From contig JAZDJN010000091.1 in NCBI GenBank assembly GCA_043803945.1, forward strand, positions 13,671 through 77,670: a stretch of DNA of 64,000 nt. Direction: 5' to 3'. The translations under genes and the position numbers were made by a program. Of the stretch, positions 8,670 to 17,535 are shown piece by piece. This stretch comes from a bacterium. GTDB taxonomy: Bacteria > Bacteroidota > Ignavibacteria > UBA10030. The notes beneath the pieces were generated by a model. That model was given only the letters and a program-made list of their open reading frames with translations, made no database searches and had not been told where the DNA came from. Every line of letters begins with the position of its first letter. Within the stretch, counting starts at the first letter, position 1.

Positions 8670-11009
8670 TTACCTTGAACTCTCCTTCTTGAGCCCCGAC
8701 AAAGCTTTGCCTGGCAGTGGTTTAGCCATTTCAACCAGCAGGGCCAGCATCATCCGGGTACAATTCTGGACAAGCTGTGGATCGAGCTTGCCGGCTGTAT
8801 CCGCAGGTTTGTGATAATAAGGATCGAGCCCACCCCAAATCTCCATCGCTGTTCCCTCGGAGATTTCCAGCGCCTGATAGCCCATCTGGAGAAATGATGC
8901 ATGATCGCTTCCGCCGTAGCGTTCGAGGTGTGCATCAAGGGTAAAATTCAGATTGTACCGGCGATTCAGGATAAGCGCCGAATCCAGCAAGGGGCTCCAT
9001 GGAGGGCTTGTACTTAGCGAGATACGAGCTGGATCGTTGAGGATTGGATAACCCAGCATATCGCCATTGACGACTGCATTAATGTTCATCCCCTGTTCTC
9101 TTGCATATTCTGCATAATAACGACTTCCAACCAAACCAAGCTCTTCGGCTGCGACAGCCAGAAATTTAATTGTGTGGTTGAACCGGTACTTGCTGCAGAT
9201 TCGAGCTGCCTCCATCACGGCAGCGACACCAGTTGCATTATCATTTGCACCCGGCACATCTTTCGCTGCTGAATCATAATGTCCAACAATGATTGAGACG
9301 ATATCGGGATTTTCCGATCCGCGAAGCGTGGCACAAATGTTTTTTGATAGTGGACGGGTTGGGGAAAGAAGCTTCGAACCGAGAGATGACCATGATTGTC
9401 CGCGATTGTTGCTTATCAAAACAGATCCATAGAAACCATATCCGGCAATGAGACTATCCTTGTATCGAATCCATCGCTGGATATATCGTAGTGGTGGAGA
9501 GACATCCTGCCAACTCTTTCCTCCATCTGATGTTTCCGATACTCCGGAAGGATACCCTTTTCGAATCAGCAATCCTCTGACGCTATCGATAAAATAGACA
9601 TCTGCCGGAATTCTTCCTTTCAATGTGATTTCAAATGTCTTCCAGGTCATTCCGCCATCGGTGGTTTTAAGAACTGTAGAATTATCTCCGGTGATCGTTC
9701 CATTATTCTGATCCCAAAAATGTATTGTATACAAATTCACTGCAACTCCAGAAGCCAGCTTCGACCATGTTACTCCTGTATCGGTTGACCGGAGAAGAAT
9801 ACCGGAAGCGCATGGAATCCACAGGATGTTATTCCCGATATACTCCAATGTAGAGAGTTCCATATCGACACCAGAGTTTATCCGTTTCCACTCTTTGCCG
9901 CCATTCACAGTCAACTGTATTATTCCATTTCGTCCGATAACAATACACCGATCAGAGTTCAAACACTTCAGGTCAAGGGGCACGAGTGTTGGATCCATTT
10001 TTTGAGTCGTCCAGAGCTTTCCCTCATTTGTTGTTTTATAAATTTTACCGTCCATGCCTACACTAAACCCGATTTGAGTCGTGGCAAAAGATATTTTGCA
10101 GAGCGGTGGTGAATTCTTCCCTTCCAGACATGTGAATGTCTCTCCGCCATTGCGAGAAGAGTACAAATCATTTCCATCCATCAATATCAGGAGGGTTTTC
10201 GAATCAATAATATTCATATCCAGGCAATCTGGTTTTCTTGTCTCAAACCTGAATGGTTCAACCTCGAGTCCGTACTGTTGAAATGTTTGCGTCAGATAAG
10301 CCGCAGCCGAGTCTTCTTGTGGAGAGTTTTCAACACGTGTGCCAAAGTTTTCAAGTGTTCTGATTGAGCGCATGAGTGAATCCTGAGAAACCATCCGGAT
10401 CATTTCTTCGATCTGTGGGTTGGGAGTACCGGCTGGCATGGCATTTATTTTCTCGACGAACATTCGCTCTTTCGGTCCCTGGATTGGTATGATCGCAACC
10501 ATCTTTCGGCTGAGTGTGATGGCATCACGCTTTGATACCTCCACACGATACATTCCCTCCTTGCCATTGAGAATTCTGAGTGTCGGAGCATACTTTTTCA
10601 CATCGCTGATTGTTTTCCCGGGACTGAGTTTGAGCGTTGCAAGATAGATGTCGTCAAAATCGGCTAGGAAAAGAATTGCTGGAAGGAATATGTAGATAGT
10701 AAGAATTGGAATAACCACAGCAAGTGTAACTTTACTCCAGTTGATTCTCAATACATCCGGATGAATCCGTTGTGATACTACCAGTCCTATAATTGTGAAA
10801 CCGATCGCCGCTAAAACAAAAGAGAATTTAAATAATATGCTGGCATACATAAGCTTCTTCAAAATCAGATAGAAGACCGAACCCCACATGAGAAGGAGAA
10901 GAATGATGAGAAGCAGAGCGAGAACCTTGCTTGCCAATCCAGCAACTTTTACACTCTCTGAGGATGAATCAGTATGGTGATTATCTGAAGGGGAATTTGT
11001 GTGTTCCAT
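8670..11009 (-). CDS. Membrane-anchored M28-family aminopeptidase fused to a BNR/Asp-box (Ycf48/sialidase-like) beta-propeller
   Basis: 779-aa ORF with N-terminal TM helices. Repeated Asp-box motifs occur (NGGETF, TNEGKLW, NGGKEWK, TDTGVTWS, TDGGMTWK, SDGGKSWQ, NNRGQSWS). C-terminal M28 motifs are HYDS...GANDNATGVAAVMEAARI, AAEELGLVGSRYYA and GGSDHASF. Confidence 0.8.
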   Translation of the reverse strand: MEHTNSPSDNHHTDSSSESVKVAGLASKVLALLLIILLLLMWGSVFYLILKKLMYASILFKFSFVLAAIGFTIIGLVVSQRIHPDVLRINWSKVTLAVVIPILTIYIFLPAILFLADFDDIYLATLKLSPGKTISDVKKYAPTLRILNGKEGMYRVEVSKRDAITLSRKMVAIIPIQGPKERMFVEKINAMPAGTPNPQIEEMIRMVSQDSLMRSIRTLENFGTRVENSPQEDSAAAYLTQTFQQYGLEVEPFRFETRKPDCLDMNIIDSKTLLILMDGNDLYSSRNGGETFTCLEGKNSPPLCKISFATTQIGFSVGMDGKIYKTTNEGKLWTTQKMDPTLVPLDLKCLNSDRCIVIGRNGIIQLTVNGGKEWKRINSGVDMELSTLEYIGNNILWIPCASGILLRSTDTGVTWSKLASGVAVNLYTIHFWDQNNGTITGDNSTVLKTTDGGMTWKTFEITLKGRIPADVYFIDSVRGLLIRKGYPSGVSETSDGGKSWQDVSPPLRYIQRWIRYKDSLIAGYGFYGSVLISNNRGQSWSSLGSKLLSPTRPLSKNICATLRGSENPDIVSIIVGHYDSAAKDVPGANDNATGVAAVMEAARICSKYRFNHTIKFLAVAAEELGLVGSRYYAEYAREQGMNINAVVNGDMLGYPILNDPARISLSTSPPWSPLLDSALILNRRYNLNFTLDAHLERYGGSDHASFLQMGYQALEISEGTAMEIWGGLDPYYHKPADTAGKLDPQLVQNCTRMMLALLVEMAKPLPGKALSGLKKESSR

Positions 11010-11365
11010 TGGATCTCCTTAGGGGCTTACCGGCAGATGGGGATTTAGTGTCAGGCATTTTGGACCATCCATCGACTGAACTCCTGCTTTGTCGGAGGAT
11101 GAGAAGCACTTCTGAAAAACATTCGGTGAAAGAATTTGTGCAAAAGAGAGAGGAGATGCAAATGAGACAGAAAGTGATTCCAAAGTGCATGAGTTTGGAA
11201 TATTATCGTTCCCAAGTTCCCGCTTGGGAACGTCTACTGTAAGCTCAGCTTATCACTCCAAGGTATCATTGCGACCATTGAGATGAAGCAGAGCTTCTCA
11301 AACCGTGTTCCCAAATAAGAAAAGCATAGCGCTTCGAACATCTCCTCCTTCACTTGCAGTATGGC

Positions 11366-11396
11366 TAAAAAAAACACCCGAGAAACTTTCGGGTGT
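11366..11396 (-). terminator. Rho-independent terminator after the thioredoxin-like/TPR gene
   Basis: On the minus strand, ACACCCGAAAGTTTCTCGGGTGT is followed by TTTTTTTT, 34 nt after the stop at 11430. Confidence 0.7.
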
Positions 11397-11429
11397 TTTC
11401 ACCGTCCACATTGTCATGCGAATGATCTT

Positions 11430-12752
11430 CTACTTTATTTCTGTAACTTTCATTATCGTCTCCAGACGAGTTTTGAACATTGCCTTCTGCGCTTCGGGAG
11501 CCAACTCGATAGCTTTTTCTCCGGCTTTCTTTGCTTCATCCAATTGCTTGTTTTTCACATAGATATTTGCAAGGGTCATATAGGCAGATGCAGAGGGATT
11601 CATTGTTACCACTTTCTTTGCGGCATCGAGAGCCCCCTCTAAATTCTTCCCTTGATTAGCCCAGAAATTGGCATAGGTAGAAAGAGCGTATTGATACATC
11701 GAAGTCTCGCGACTAATGAAATCCTTTCCATAAACCTCTTCAGCCTTTGCTTGATCGGCTTTAAGCATGTACAATTCTGCAAGCATACTCACATACTGTG
11801 AATTGCTGCCATTTTTAGGAAGGTCGACTGCTTTTTGTGCAAGCTCGATTCCCTTGTCGAGGTTCTCTTTGCTCCGAATAATTCTCCGTACAACGGCACT
11901 CAGAACCATCGGATCGTCGGGATACTTTGCCAGGTAGTCCTCAAAGAACTTTTTTGCTTCAACACTATGTTTTGCGGAGTCTTCTGGCGTTGCATTCCTG
12001 GGTGTGGACATATAATAGGAGGAGAGTCGCTGGTAACCTGATTTTGCCATCTCCGTCGAGCCATACTTCTTGAGAAATGCTTTCATCGGCTCAGCATTGA
12101 TTTTTGCACCTCTCAGTGTTTGGCCGGCGACCTGGAATTCTGCAAACTGGGTGTAGGATACTTTCTCCTTGCCGTACTCCGTCGTACCCAACTTTCCATT
12201 TGGATCGAGAGCAATCAACTCTGCGTACAACGCGGCAGCTTTGTCTTGATTGTACCGGCTGTCGTATTTTTTGGCAAGGTTAAAGATGACGGGAATATTT
12301 TTTGGATCTTTTTTGTACTGATCGGAATAGGACTTGAAGGTTTCTTTGCCTTTTACGGCATTGTCTACTTGCTCGTGGTATTTCTCAACTGCACCGCCGA
12401 ATCCGACAATCCAATCGACTTCAGCTCCATCATTGGCAAGAAACATTACTGTGGGAGTGGCACGGATGCTATACTTTGTAAAGATTGCTTTACCATCATC
12501 CTTGCTGTTATCAGCACGGAACATGATAAAGTTTGCATTGAAATAATCAGCGTACTTTTTATTCTCATAATATTGCTCACCGAGCAATTTGCAGAATCCT
12601 CACGTAGGAGAATAAAAATCTATTAATACCAACTTCTTCTCACTCTTTGCCTTCGCAAGCGCTTCGTCCAGGTTACCTGTAAACCAGACCTGGGAAAAAG
12701 CTGTGCCGACGAAAATGAGCAAGAGTAGTCCCAAAATAATTGCCCTTTTCAT
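11430..12752 (-). CDS. Exported thioredoxin-fold + TPR-repeat protein; full length requires decoding of an in-frame TGA (12602-12600) as selenocysteine (candidate UxxC selenoprotein)
   Basis: The track ORF 11430..12587 starts at a TTG 15 nt after an in-frame TGA. The same frame stays open for 50 more codons up to the ATG at 12752. Those codons encode signal peptide MKRAIILGLLLLIFVGTAFSQ plus ...KKLVLIDFYSPT[TGA]GFCKLLGEQ. That matches the DF.A.WC..CK thioredoxin redox-motif context. The C-terminal half has TPR-like repeats. Confidence 0.6.
12561..12599 (-). promoter_or_regulatory. SECIS-like recoding hairpin immediately 3' of the in-frame UGA
   Basis: mRNA: UGA GG AUUCU GCAA AUUGCU CGGUG AGCAAU AUUAUG AGAAU. 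The lower 5-bp stem and upper 6-bp stem were checked base by base. The upper stem begins 11 nt after the UGA, and the apical loop contains GGU. Confidence 0.5.
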
Positions 12753-13054
12753 CTCGATAAATCCTTCTAAATGTTAATGGTTGATAGTGAATTATCCATA
12801 CGTTCTCCCTGGCAAAAGGTAATCGAATTTAACCTATGAATCAATTACTGTGTTTCAAAATTGATATCACATTAGGAAGACCGACGATATTGAATGAAAG
12901 ATTAAATGGCTCGACATTGCTGCCGGACCCGCTTATGGATTGAGAGAAATCTGAACCTGCATGATTCCCGCTATCTTCGTCTGCACGAACGCCCCTGCTT
13001 GCGGGATCACTCTGGAAAAGCTTGGTTTTTATTTTTCATTCTGCCGGAACTGTG

Positions 13055-14404
13055 TCAGTTGCCTTGTTTCTTTTTCTCCCGGTTGGCATGCCTGCCTGTG
13101 CCGTCTCCTTCGTCCAGAATTCCACCGGTGGGATTCAATTGATCGAGTGCCGCCTGCAACCGCTTGCGCACGGCGATTGCCGCGGGGGCTTTCGTATCGG
13201 CTGCTAAGAGTTTCTCTTCGAACGGAGCGTTACTCATGTCGAACAGTTCGCCCGCTTGATTCAATTTCCATCCGGCATCCCGGACATACCACTGCCGGGC
13301 GAGTTGAATGAAGATCAATTCGCGCGACTGCCCTTTATTACCATAAACTTGCGCGGCGAAACTGCGTCCGTCAATGGTGGTGTTTTGGGGAAGTTTCGCT
13401 CCTGCCAGATCAGCAAACGTCGGGAGGAAATCGCTGGAATCGATCATCTCATGGGAAACTTTACCAGCGGGTGTCGTACCGGGCCAGTTGACGATCAGCG
13501 GCTCACGGCTGCCTCCTTCGAGCATCGAACCCTTTTGACCGGAGAGGCGTCGACCGCCGATTGTCGCCCGGTCTGCATGTCCACCTGCAGTGCCGTTGTC
13601 GCTGAAGAAAACGATCAGGGTTTTCTCGCGAAGCTTCAGGCGATCGAGTTCAGCAATCAACTTACCGACAAGCATGTCCATGTAGGTAACGTTGTCCGCG
13701 TAAAAGTCTTTGCTGTTCGGCGCGCTATCGGGTGTGGGCAGGATTTCTGCATGCACATGCGACATTGAGTAATAGAGATAGAACGGTTTTTCTTGGTGCA
13801 TTGTGATGAAGTCAATAACATGCTGATGCATCACATCGGGCATGTATTCTTTATCGTGAAGGACTTTTTCCTCGCCGTTGACGAGATAGGTTCGGCCTTT
13901 GGCCTGCGTGTTCCAGTAGATACCGCTTCCGGTAAACTTCAGGTAGTAGTCGAAACCAAAGTCGTCCGGATTCAGTGGAAGCTGGCCCCATTTACCGATC
14001 GCAGCAGTGACGTAGCCCGCCGGCTTCAGGACATTGGGAATCATGGTTTCGACTGAGGGTTTCATGAGCCCAGTGCTATCCTGGTTCGTGGCACCGGTGC
14101 GAAACAAGTAGCGCCCCGTCAGGATGGTTGCACGGGATGGTCCGCACAACGATGGCGTATAAGCATGGGTGAAGCGAACACCACCGCGTGCAAGCTGGTC
14201 AATGTTTGGCGTCTTGTAATTGTCCGCACCGTAGCAACTCACCTCGCCGATACCGTAGTCATCTGCAAGAATGAAGATGATGTTGGGCTTCTTGTCTTGG
14301 AGCAGCATGCCAGGAAGGAGATCATTGCCAAACACATAGTCATGCGCTGCTGCGCTCCCGGCAGCAATTACGCCGGCAGCTTTGATAAAGTTACGTCGTT
14401 GCAT
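13055..14404 (-). CDS. Arylsulfatase (sulfatase family, formylglycine-dependent), TAT-type signal
   Basis: 449-aa ORF. Twin-arginine signal MQRRNFIKAAGVIAAGSAAA, sulfatase signature SLCGPSRATILTGRY (C-x-P-x-R), and IIFILADDYG. Confidence 0.9.
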   Translation of the reverse strand: MQRRNFIKAAGVIAAGSAAAHDYVFGNDLLPGMLLQDKKPNIIFILADDYGIGEVSCYGADNYKTPNIDQLARGGVRFTHAYTPSLCGPSRATILTGRYLFRTGATNQDSTGLMKPSVETMIPNVLKPAGYVTAAIGKWGQLPLNPDDFGFDYYLKFTGSGIYWNTQAKGRTYLVNGEEKVLHDKEYMPDVMHQHVIDFITMHQEKPFYLYYSMSHVHAEILPTPDSAPNSKDFYADNVTYMDMLVGKLIAELDRLKLREKTLIVFFSDNGTAGGHADRATIGGRRLSGQKGSMLEGGSREPLIVNWPGTTPAGKVSHEMIDSSDFLPTFADLAGAKLPQNTTIDGRSFAAQVYGNKGQSRELIFIQLARQWYVRDAGWKLNQAGELFDMSNAPFEEKLLAADTKAPAAIAVRKRLQAALDQLNPTGGILDEGDGTGRHANREKKKQGN

Positions 14405-14651
14405 CGTACAGCCTCCATCATTTGATGAGTTCAGAATAATCTATGAGTCGTTTCTCCGAAAGCCGATTGCATACTCCGAAAAGAAGAAATGAAATCGAAC
14501 TACAACAAGTAACTGCCTGACACAGTTTTACAGATTTGACGCTTCGTGAGAATGTAGAGATGTTTACCAGAATAGCCAACGGCAGCAGTAGATGGTTGAA
14601 GAGAAATCTATCGTATATACTCTCGTAGAGGGCAATAGGTGAATATATTCA

Positions 14652-15336
14652 TTATATCCTGAAGCGAATTCCAAACATTGAGGTGATGACAAACGGTGCT
14701 CCAGGGATCACAGACCATTGAAACTCCATTGTATCGTTCAACCTGCGGAGATATTCAAACTCAACTGCATACCAGATGAATCGATATTGCCATCCTTGGT
14801 AAACTCGGTCGCCGTAAAACTCATCATCTTGATATTCTTTAAATCGATGCCAATCCCCGCGATAGAACAATCCTGGCCCAATGCCTCCGTTGATCGCATT
14901 ATTTCCCCAGGAGAACTGGAATCGCGTTCCAAGATGGACACAACCTGATGTAACGAATGCACAATCTTGATAAAGAGCAGTTGTAAATCGGAAGAAGAGA
15001 TTCTCACTCAGCGCATAATCGACATTGCATACACCGCCGAGGTCTAAGACAAGGTATGCTTTCTTATCGAGCTTTAAGGGATATACTTCAGGCGTATTCC
15101 CTCCATCCGGATGATAGGTCAATCCAATATACTGAAAGGAGAGATGCCATGAAGGGGTAGGGTTTGATAGTTGAATCAGGAGTTTGAGCGAATAGCAATC
15201 TCGGCCAGAACACTAGAACAAGTAGGGCAACCGGCTTGAATATTCTGGAGACACTCGTCTTCAAGAAATTGAGAGGTGTTCCACTCAAGCCACATCCATT
15301 GCTGCTTTGAGAGGGATCACCATACATATTCTTCAT
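14652..15336 (-). pseudogene. Small outer-membrane beta-barrel protein gene split by a 1-nt frame change (pseudogene or assembly error)
   Basis: The signal peptide (..SRIFKPVALLVLVFWPRLLFAQTPDSTIKPYP) is in one frame (ORF 15088..15336). The barrel body (..PSWHLSFQYIGLTYHPDGG...FGIRFRI, aromatic C-terminus) is in the +1 frame (ORF 14652..15122). That second frame has no ATG or signal of its own. The junction is at a C/G run near 15154-15157. Confidence 0.5.
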
Positions 15337-15637
15337 CAGTTATTGAGAAAGTATGTATTTAGATGAGGTGAGCTTCGATGCGGGAATTTCAAAAAAAGAT
15401 ATTTGAGATGCAAGAAAGAAATACTCTTCGTTGGGAGATGTATTAGCTACCAAGGGGAAAAGGATATTTCACTTTTATTTATAGGGAAAAAAATGTCCAG
15501 AGTTGTTCGCTCTCGGCTCTCATTACTTTTCTCTATCCTGTTTTCGGCGGATTCTCAAAGTTTTTCAAACTTAGTCCCGCTTCTAAGGATTCCGCCTTCG
15601 AGCGGGATTCCAGAAGGCGGAACTTTGCCCTGTACAT

Positions 15638-15667
15638 AAAAAAGCCTGGGAGGTAATCCCCCCAGGC
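15638..15667 (-). terminator. Rho-independent terminator (minus strand) after repeat copy B
   Basis: On the minus strand, GCCTGGGGGGATTACCTCCCAGGC is followed by TTTTTT. Confidence 0.6.
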
Positions 15668-15760
15668 CGGTGAGCGATATGGTTCCAGATGCTATCCGCC
15701 AAACAGACGGCGGATTCTCAAAGTTCATCAGACTTAGCTGCGCCCTTCGGGTGTCAGCGC

Positions 15761-15795
15761 AATAAAAAGAAACCCAGAAAGTACTTTTCTGGGTT
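15761..15795 (-). terminator. Rho-independent terminator (minus strand) after tRNA-Phe + repeat copy C
   Basis: Perfect 10-bp stem AACCCAGAAA/TTTCTGGGTT, followed on the minus strand by TCTTTTTATT. Confidence 0.65.
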
Positions 15796-15895
15796 CGTTA
15801 ATTCCGTTCCTATCCGCCAAACAGACGGCGGATTCTCAAAGTTTCTCAAACTTAGCTTCACCCTTCGGGTTCGCTAAGTTTGGAAACTTTGGAAG

Positions 15896-15968
15896 TGGAC
15901 AGGGAGGGAATTGAACCCCCGACACATGGATTTTCAGTCCATTGCTCTACCAACTGAGCTACCTGTCC
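15896..15968 (-). tRNA. tRNA-Phe (anticodon GAA)
   Basis: Minus strand: GGACAGGTAGCTCAGTTGGTAGAGCAATGGACTGAAAATCCATGTGTCGGGGGTTCAATTCCCTCCCTGTCCA. This gives a cloverleaf with anticodon loop CTGAAAA and T-loop GGTTCAATTCC. No encoded CCA. Confidence 0.95.
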
Positions 15969-16016
15969 GAAAATTTCCACACTTAGTGAACCCGCAGGGT
16001 GAAACTACGTGTGTTG

Positions 16017-16255
16017 AAATTTTCAGGATCCGCCATCTTCTTGGCGGATCCGAATTACAACTAATTTCAAAAACGAAGTGAAGCTAACTTCATTGTAAAA
16101 TTCAGGATCCGCCATCTTCTCGGTGGATCCGAATTACAGCTAATTTCAAACACGAAGTGAAGCTAACTTCATTGTAAAATTCAGGATCCGCCATCTTCTC
16201 GGTGGATCCGAACAACATCTCATTTCAAAAACGAAGAGGTGCTAATTTCAAACTA
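16017..16255. repeat. Three tandem ~79-bp direct repeats, each with a 9-bp GGATCCGCC/GG(C/T)GGATCC hairpin
   Basis: Units start at about 16017, 16098 and 16177. Copies 1 and 2 are nearly identical; copy 3 diverges in its 3' half. They lie between the acyl-CoA dehydrogenase terminator and tRNA-Phe. Confidence 0.8.
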
Positions 16256-16269
16256 AAATTTATTCACGC

Positions 16270-16304
16270 AAAAACAAAACCGGTGCGTTTACCACTCGCA
16301 CCGG
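16270..16304 (-). terminator. Rho-independent terminator after the acyl-CoA dehydrogenase gene
   Basis: On the minus strand, CCGGTGCG-loop-CGCACCGG (8 bp) is followed by TTTTGTTTTT. Confidence 0.7.
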
Positions 16305-16339
16305 AGCAAAAATAGCAGACTTTTGGTAGAAAGTCAATA

Positions 16340-17485
16340 CTACAATAGCACACCATTTTTCTTGAGGACATCACGGGCAATCACCAGGCGTTGCACTTCG
16401 CTTGTCCCTTCAAAAATCCGGTTGATGCGATTGTCACGATAATATCTCTCGATGGGTAGATCGCGTGAATAACCCATCCCCCCATGAATCTGAACCGCCC
16501 AGTCGACAATCCGATCCAATGATTCTGAGCAGAAGAGTTTTACCTGGGCAGTATGACGGGAGACAGACTTTTTTGCATCATAGGCCGCCGCTGTGCGATA
16601 GACCATCGATTCCATTGCATAGATAAGCGTCGCCATATCGGCGAGCATAAATTGTATGGCCTGAAATTGTGCAATAGGTACATCGAATTGTACTCGCTGT
16701 TTAGCAAAGCGTGTCGAGAGTTCAAGCATCTCTTTTGCCGCACCGACACTTGCTGCACCCAACCCGAGCCGACCTGCATCGAGCGTTTTCATCGCTATCA
16801 AAAAACCACGTCCATCTTCGCCGATGATATTCTCTTTAGGAATACGAACATTATCGAAGGTGAGAGCATTGGTTATGCTGCCGCGCTGACCCATCTTCTT
16901 CTCTTTCGGACCGGCACTGAATCCGGGAGTATTCGTCTCGACCACAAAACCCGTTATTCCACGTTCTGTCCGGGCAAACACAGAGATCACATCGGCAAAT
17001 CCGCCATTGGTGATCCAGAGCTTCTCACCATTGATGACCCATTCATTGCCATCGAGATGAGCGTGGGTTTTCAAGTTAAAGGAATCAGAACCTGCCTGTG
17101 CTTCGGTCAATCCAAACGCACCGATCATCTTCCCCTCCGCAAGCGGGACAAGATATTTCTTCTTCAGTTCCTCAGAACCGCCAATGTAGATGGCATTCGC
17201 TCCAATCGATTGATGAGCTCCGATAAATGTTCCAACCGACATATCGCCGCGGACAATTTCTTCCTGAACAATGCAATAGCCAACCTCGCCAAATCCTCCC
17301 CCGCCATATTCAGGAGGGAACACTGCGCCGAGAATTCCCAGATCCCTTATTTTCTGTATCAATTCTTTTGGAATTTCTTCGTCTTCATCAATCTTCTGCG
17401 CAATCGGTTTAATTTCTGCATTTGTGAAATCACGCACCATCTGCCTGAGCATAGTTTGTTCTTCGCTGAATTCGAATTCGAACAT
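16340..17485 (-). CDS. Acyl-CoA dehydrogenase
   Basis: 381-aa ORF with full-length ACAD-like architecture. Motifs include GAFGLTEAQAGSD, WITNGGFAD and QIHGGMGYSRDLPIERYYRDNRI..IFEGTSEVQR. Confidence 0.9.
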   Translation of the reverse strand: MFEFEFSEEQTMLRQMVRDFTNAEIKPIAQKIDEDEEIPKELIQKIRDLGILGAVFPPEYGGGGFGEVGYCIVQEEIVRGDMSVGTFIGAHQSIGANAIYIGGSEELKKKYLVPLAEGKMIGAFGLTEAQAGSDSFNLKTHAHLDGNEWVINGEKLWITNGGFADVISVFARTERGITGFVVETNTPGFSAGPKEKKMGQRGSITNALTFDNVRIPKENIIGEDGRGFLIAMKTLDAGRLGLGAASVGAAKEMLELSTRFAKQRVQFDVPIAQFQAIQFMLADMATLIYAMESMVYRTAAAYDAKKSVSRHTAQVKLFCSESLDRIVDWAVQIHGGMGYSRDLPIERYYRDNRINRIFEGTSEVQRLVIARDVLKKNGVLL

Positions 17486-17535
17486 AGTTCTCCTTGAAGA
17501 ATAATAATTGGGGATTTAAAATATATAATCAGTGA

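Larger units (their letters stand above)
15533..15855 (-). repeat. Three dispersed copies of a ~46-nt structured repeat (CTATCCGCCAAACAGACGGCGGATTCTCAAAGTT..CA.ACTTAG on + strand) downstream of tRNA-Phe
   Basis: Copies lie at 15533-15574 (degenerate), 15692-15737 and 15810-15855. Each contains an ATCCGCC/GGCGGAT hairpin followed by a second hairpin capped by CCC-TTCG-GG(G/T). Confidence 0.7.

Noticed and set aside
11207-11232. Perfect 10-bp hairpin CGTTCCCAAG-TTCCCG-CTTGGGAACG upstream of the M28 peptidase gene, with a partial GTTCCCAA copy at about 11307
   Set aside because: It has no U-tract, so it is not a terminator. It has no flanking conserved sequence I can recognise, and only one full copy is present in the window. 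It is noted but not interpretable.
16017-16255. Tandem 79-bp repeats considered as a CRISPR array
   Set aside because: The units abut directly with no unique spacers. The unit length is far above CRISPR repeat size, and no cas genes are nearby. They are plain tandem repeats.
16553-17497. 314-aa + strand ORF covering the acyl-CoA dehydrogenase locus
   Set aside because: It is antisense to a full-length ACAD with conserved motifs. Its sequence is low-complexity, Cys/Arg-rich and typical of shadow ORFs. The same applies to 27343..28125 (opposite pyrC), 41841..42599 (opposite actB), 44051..44722 (opposite actA/actB), 12120..12626 (opposite the Trx/TPR gene) and 18269..18856 (opposite glmS and the SDR).
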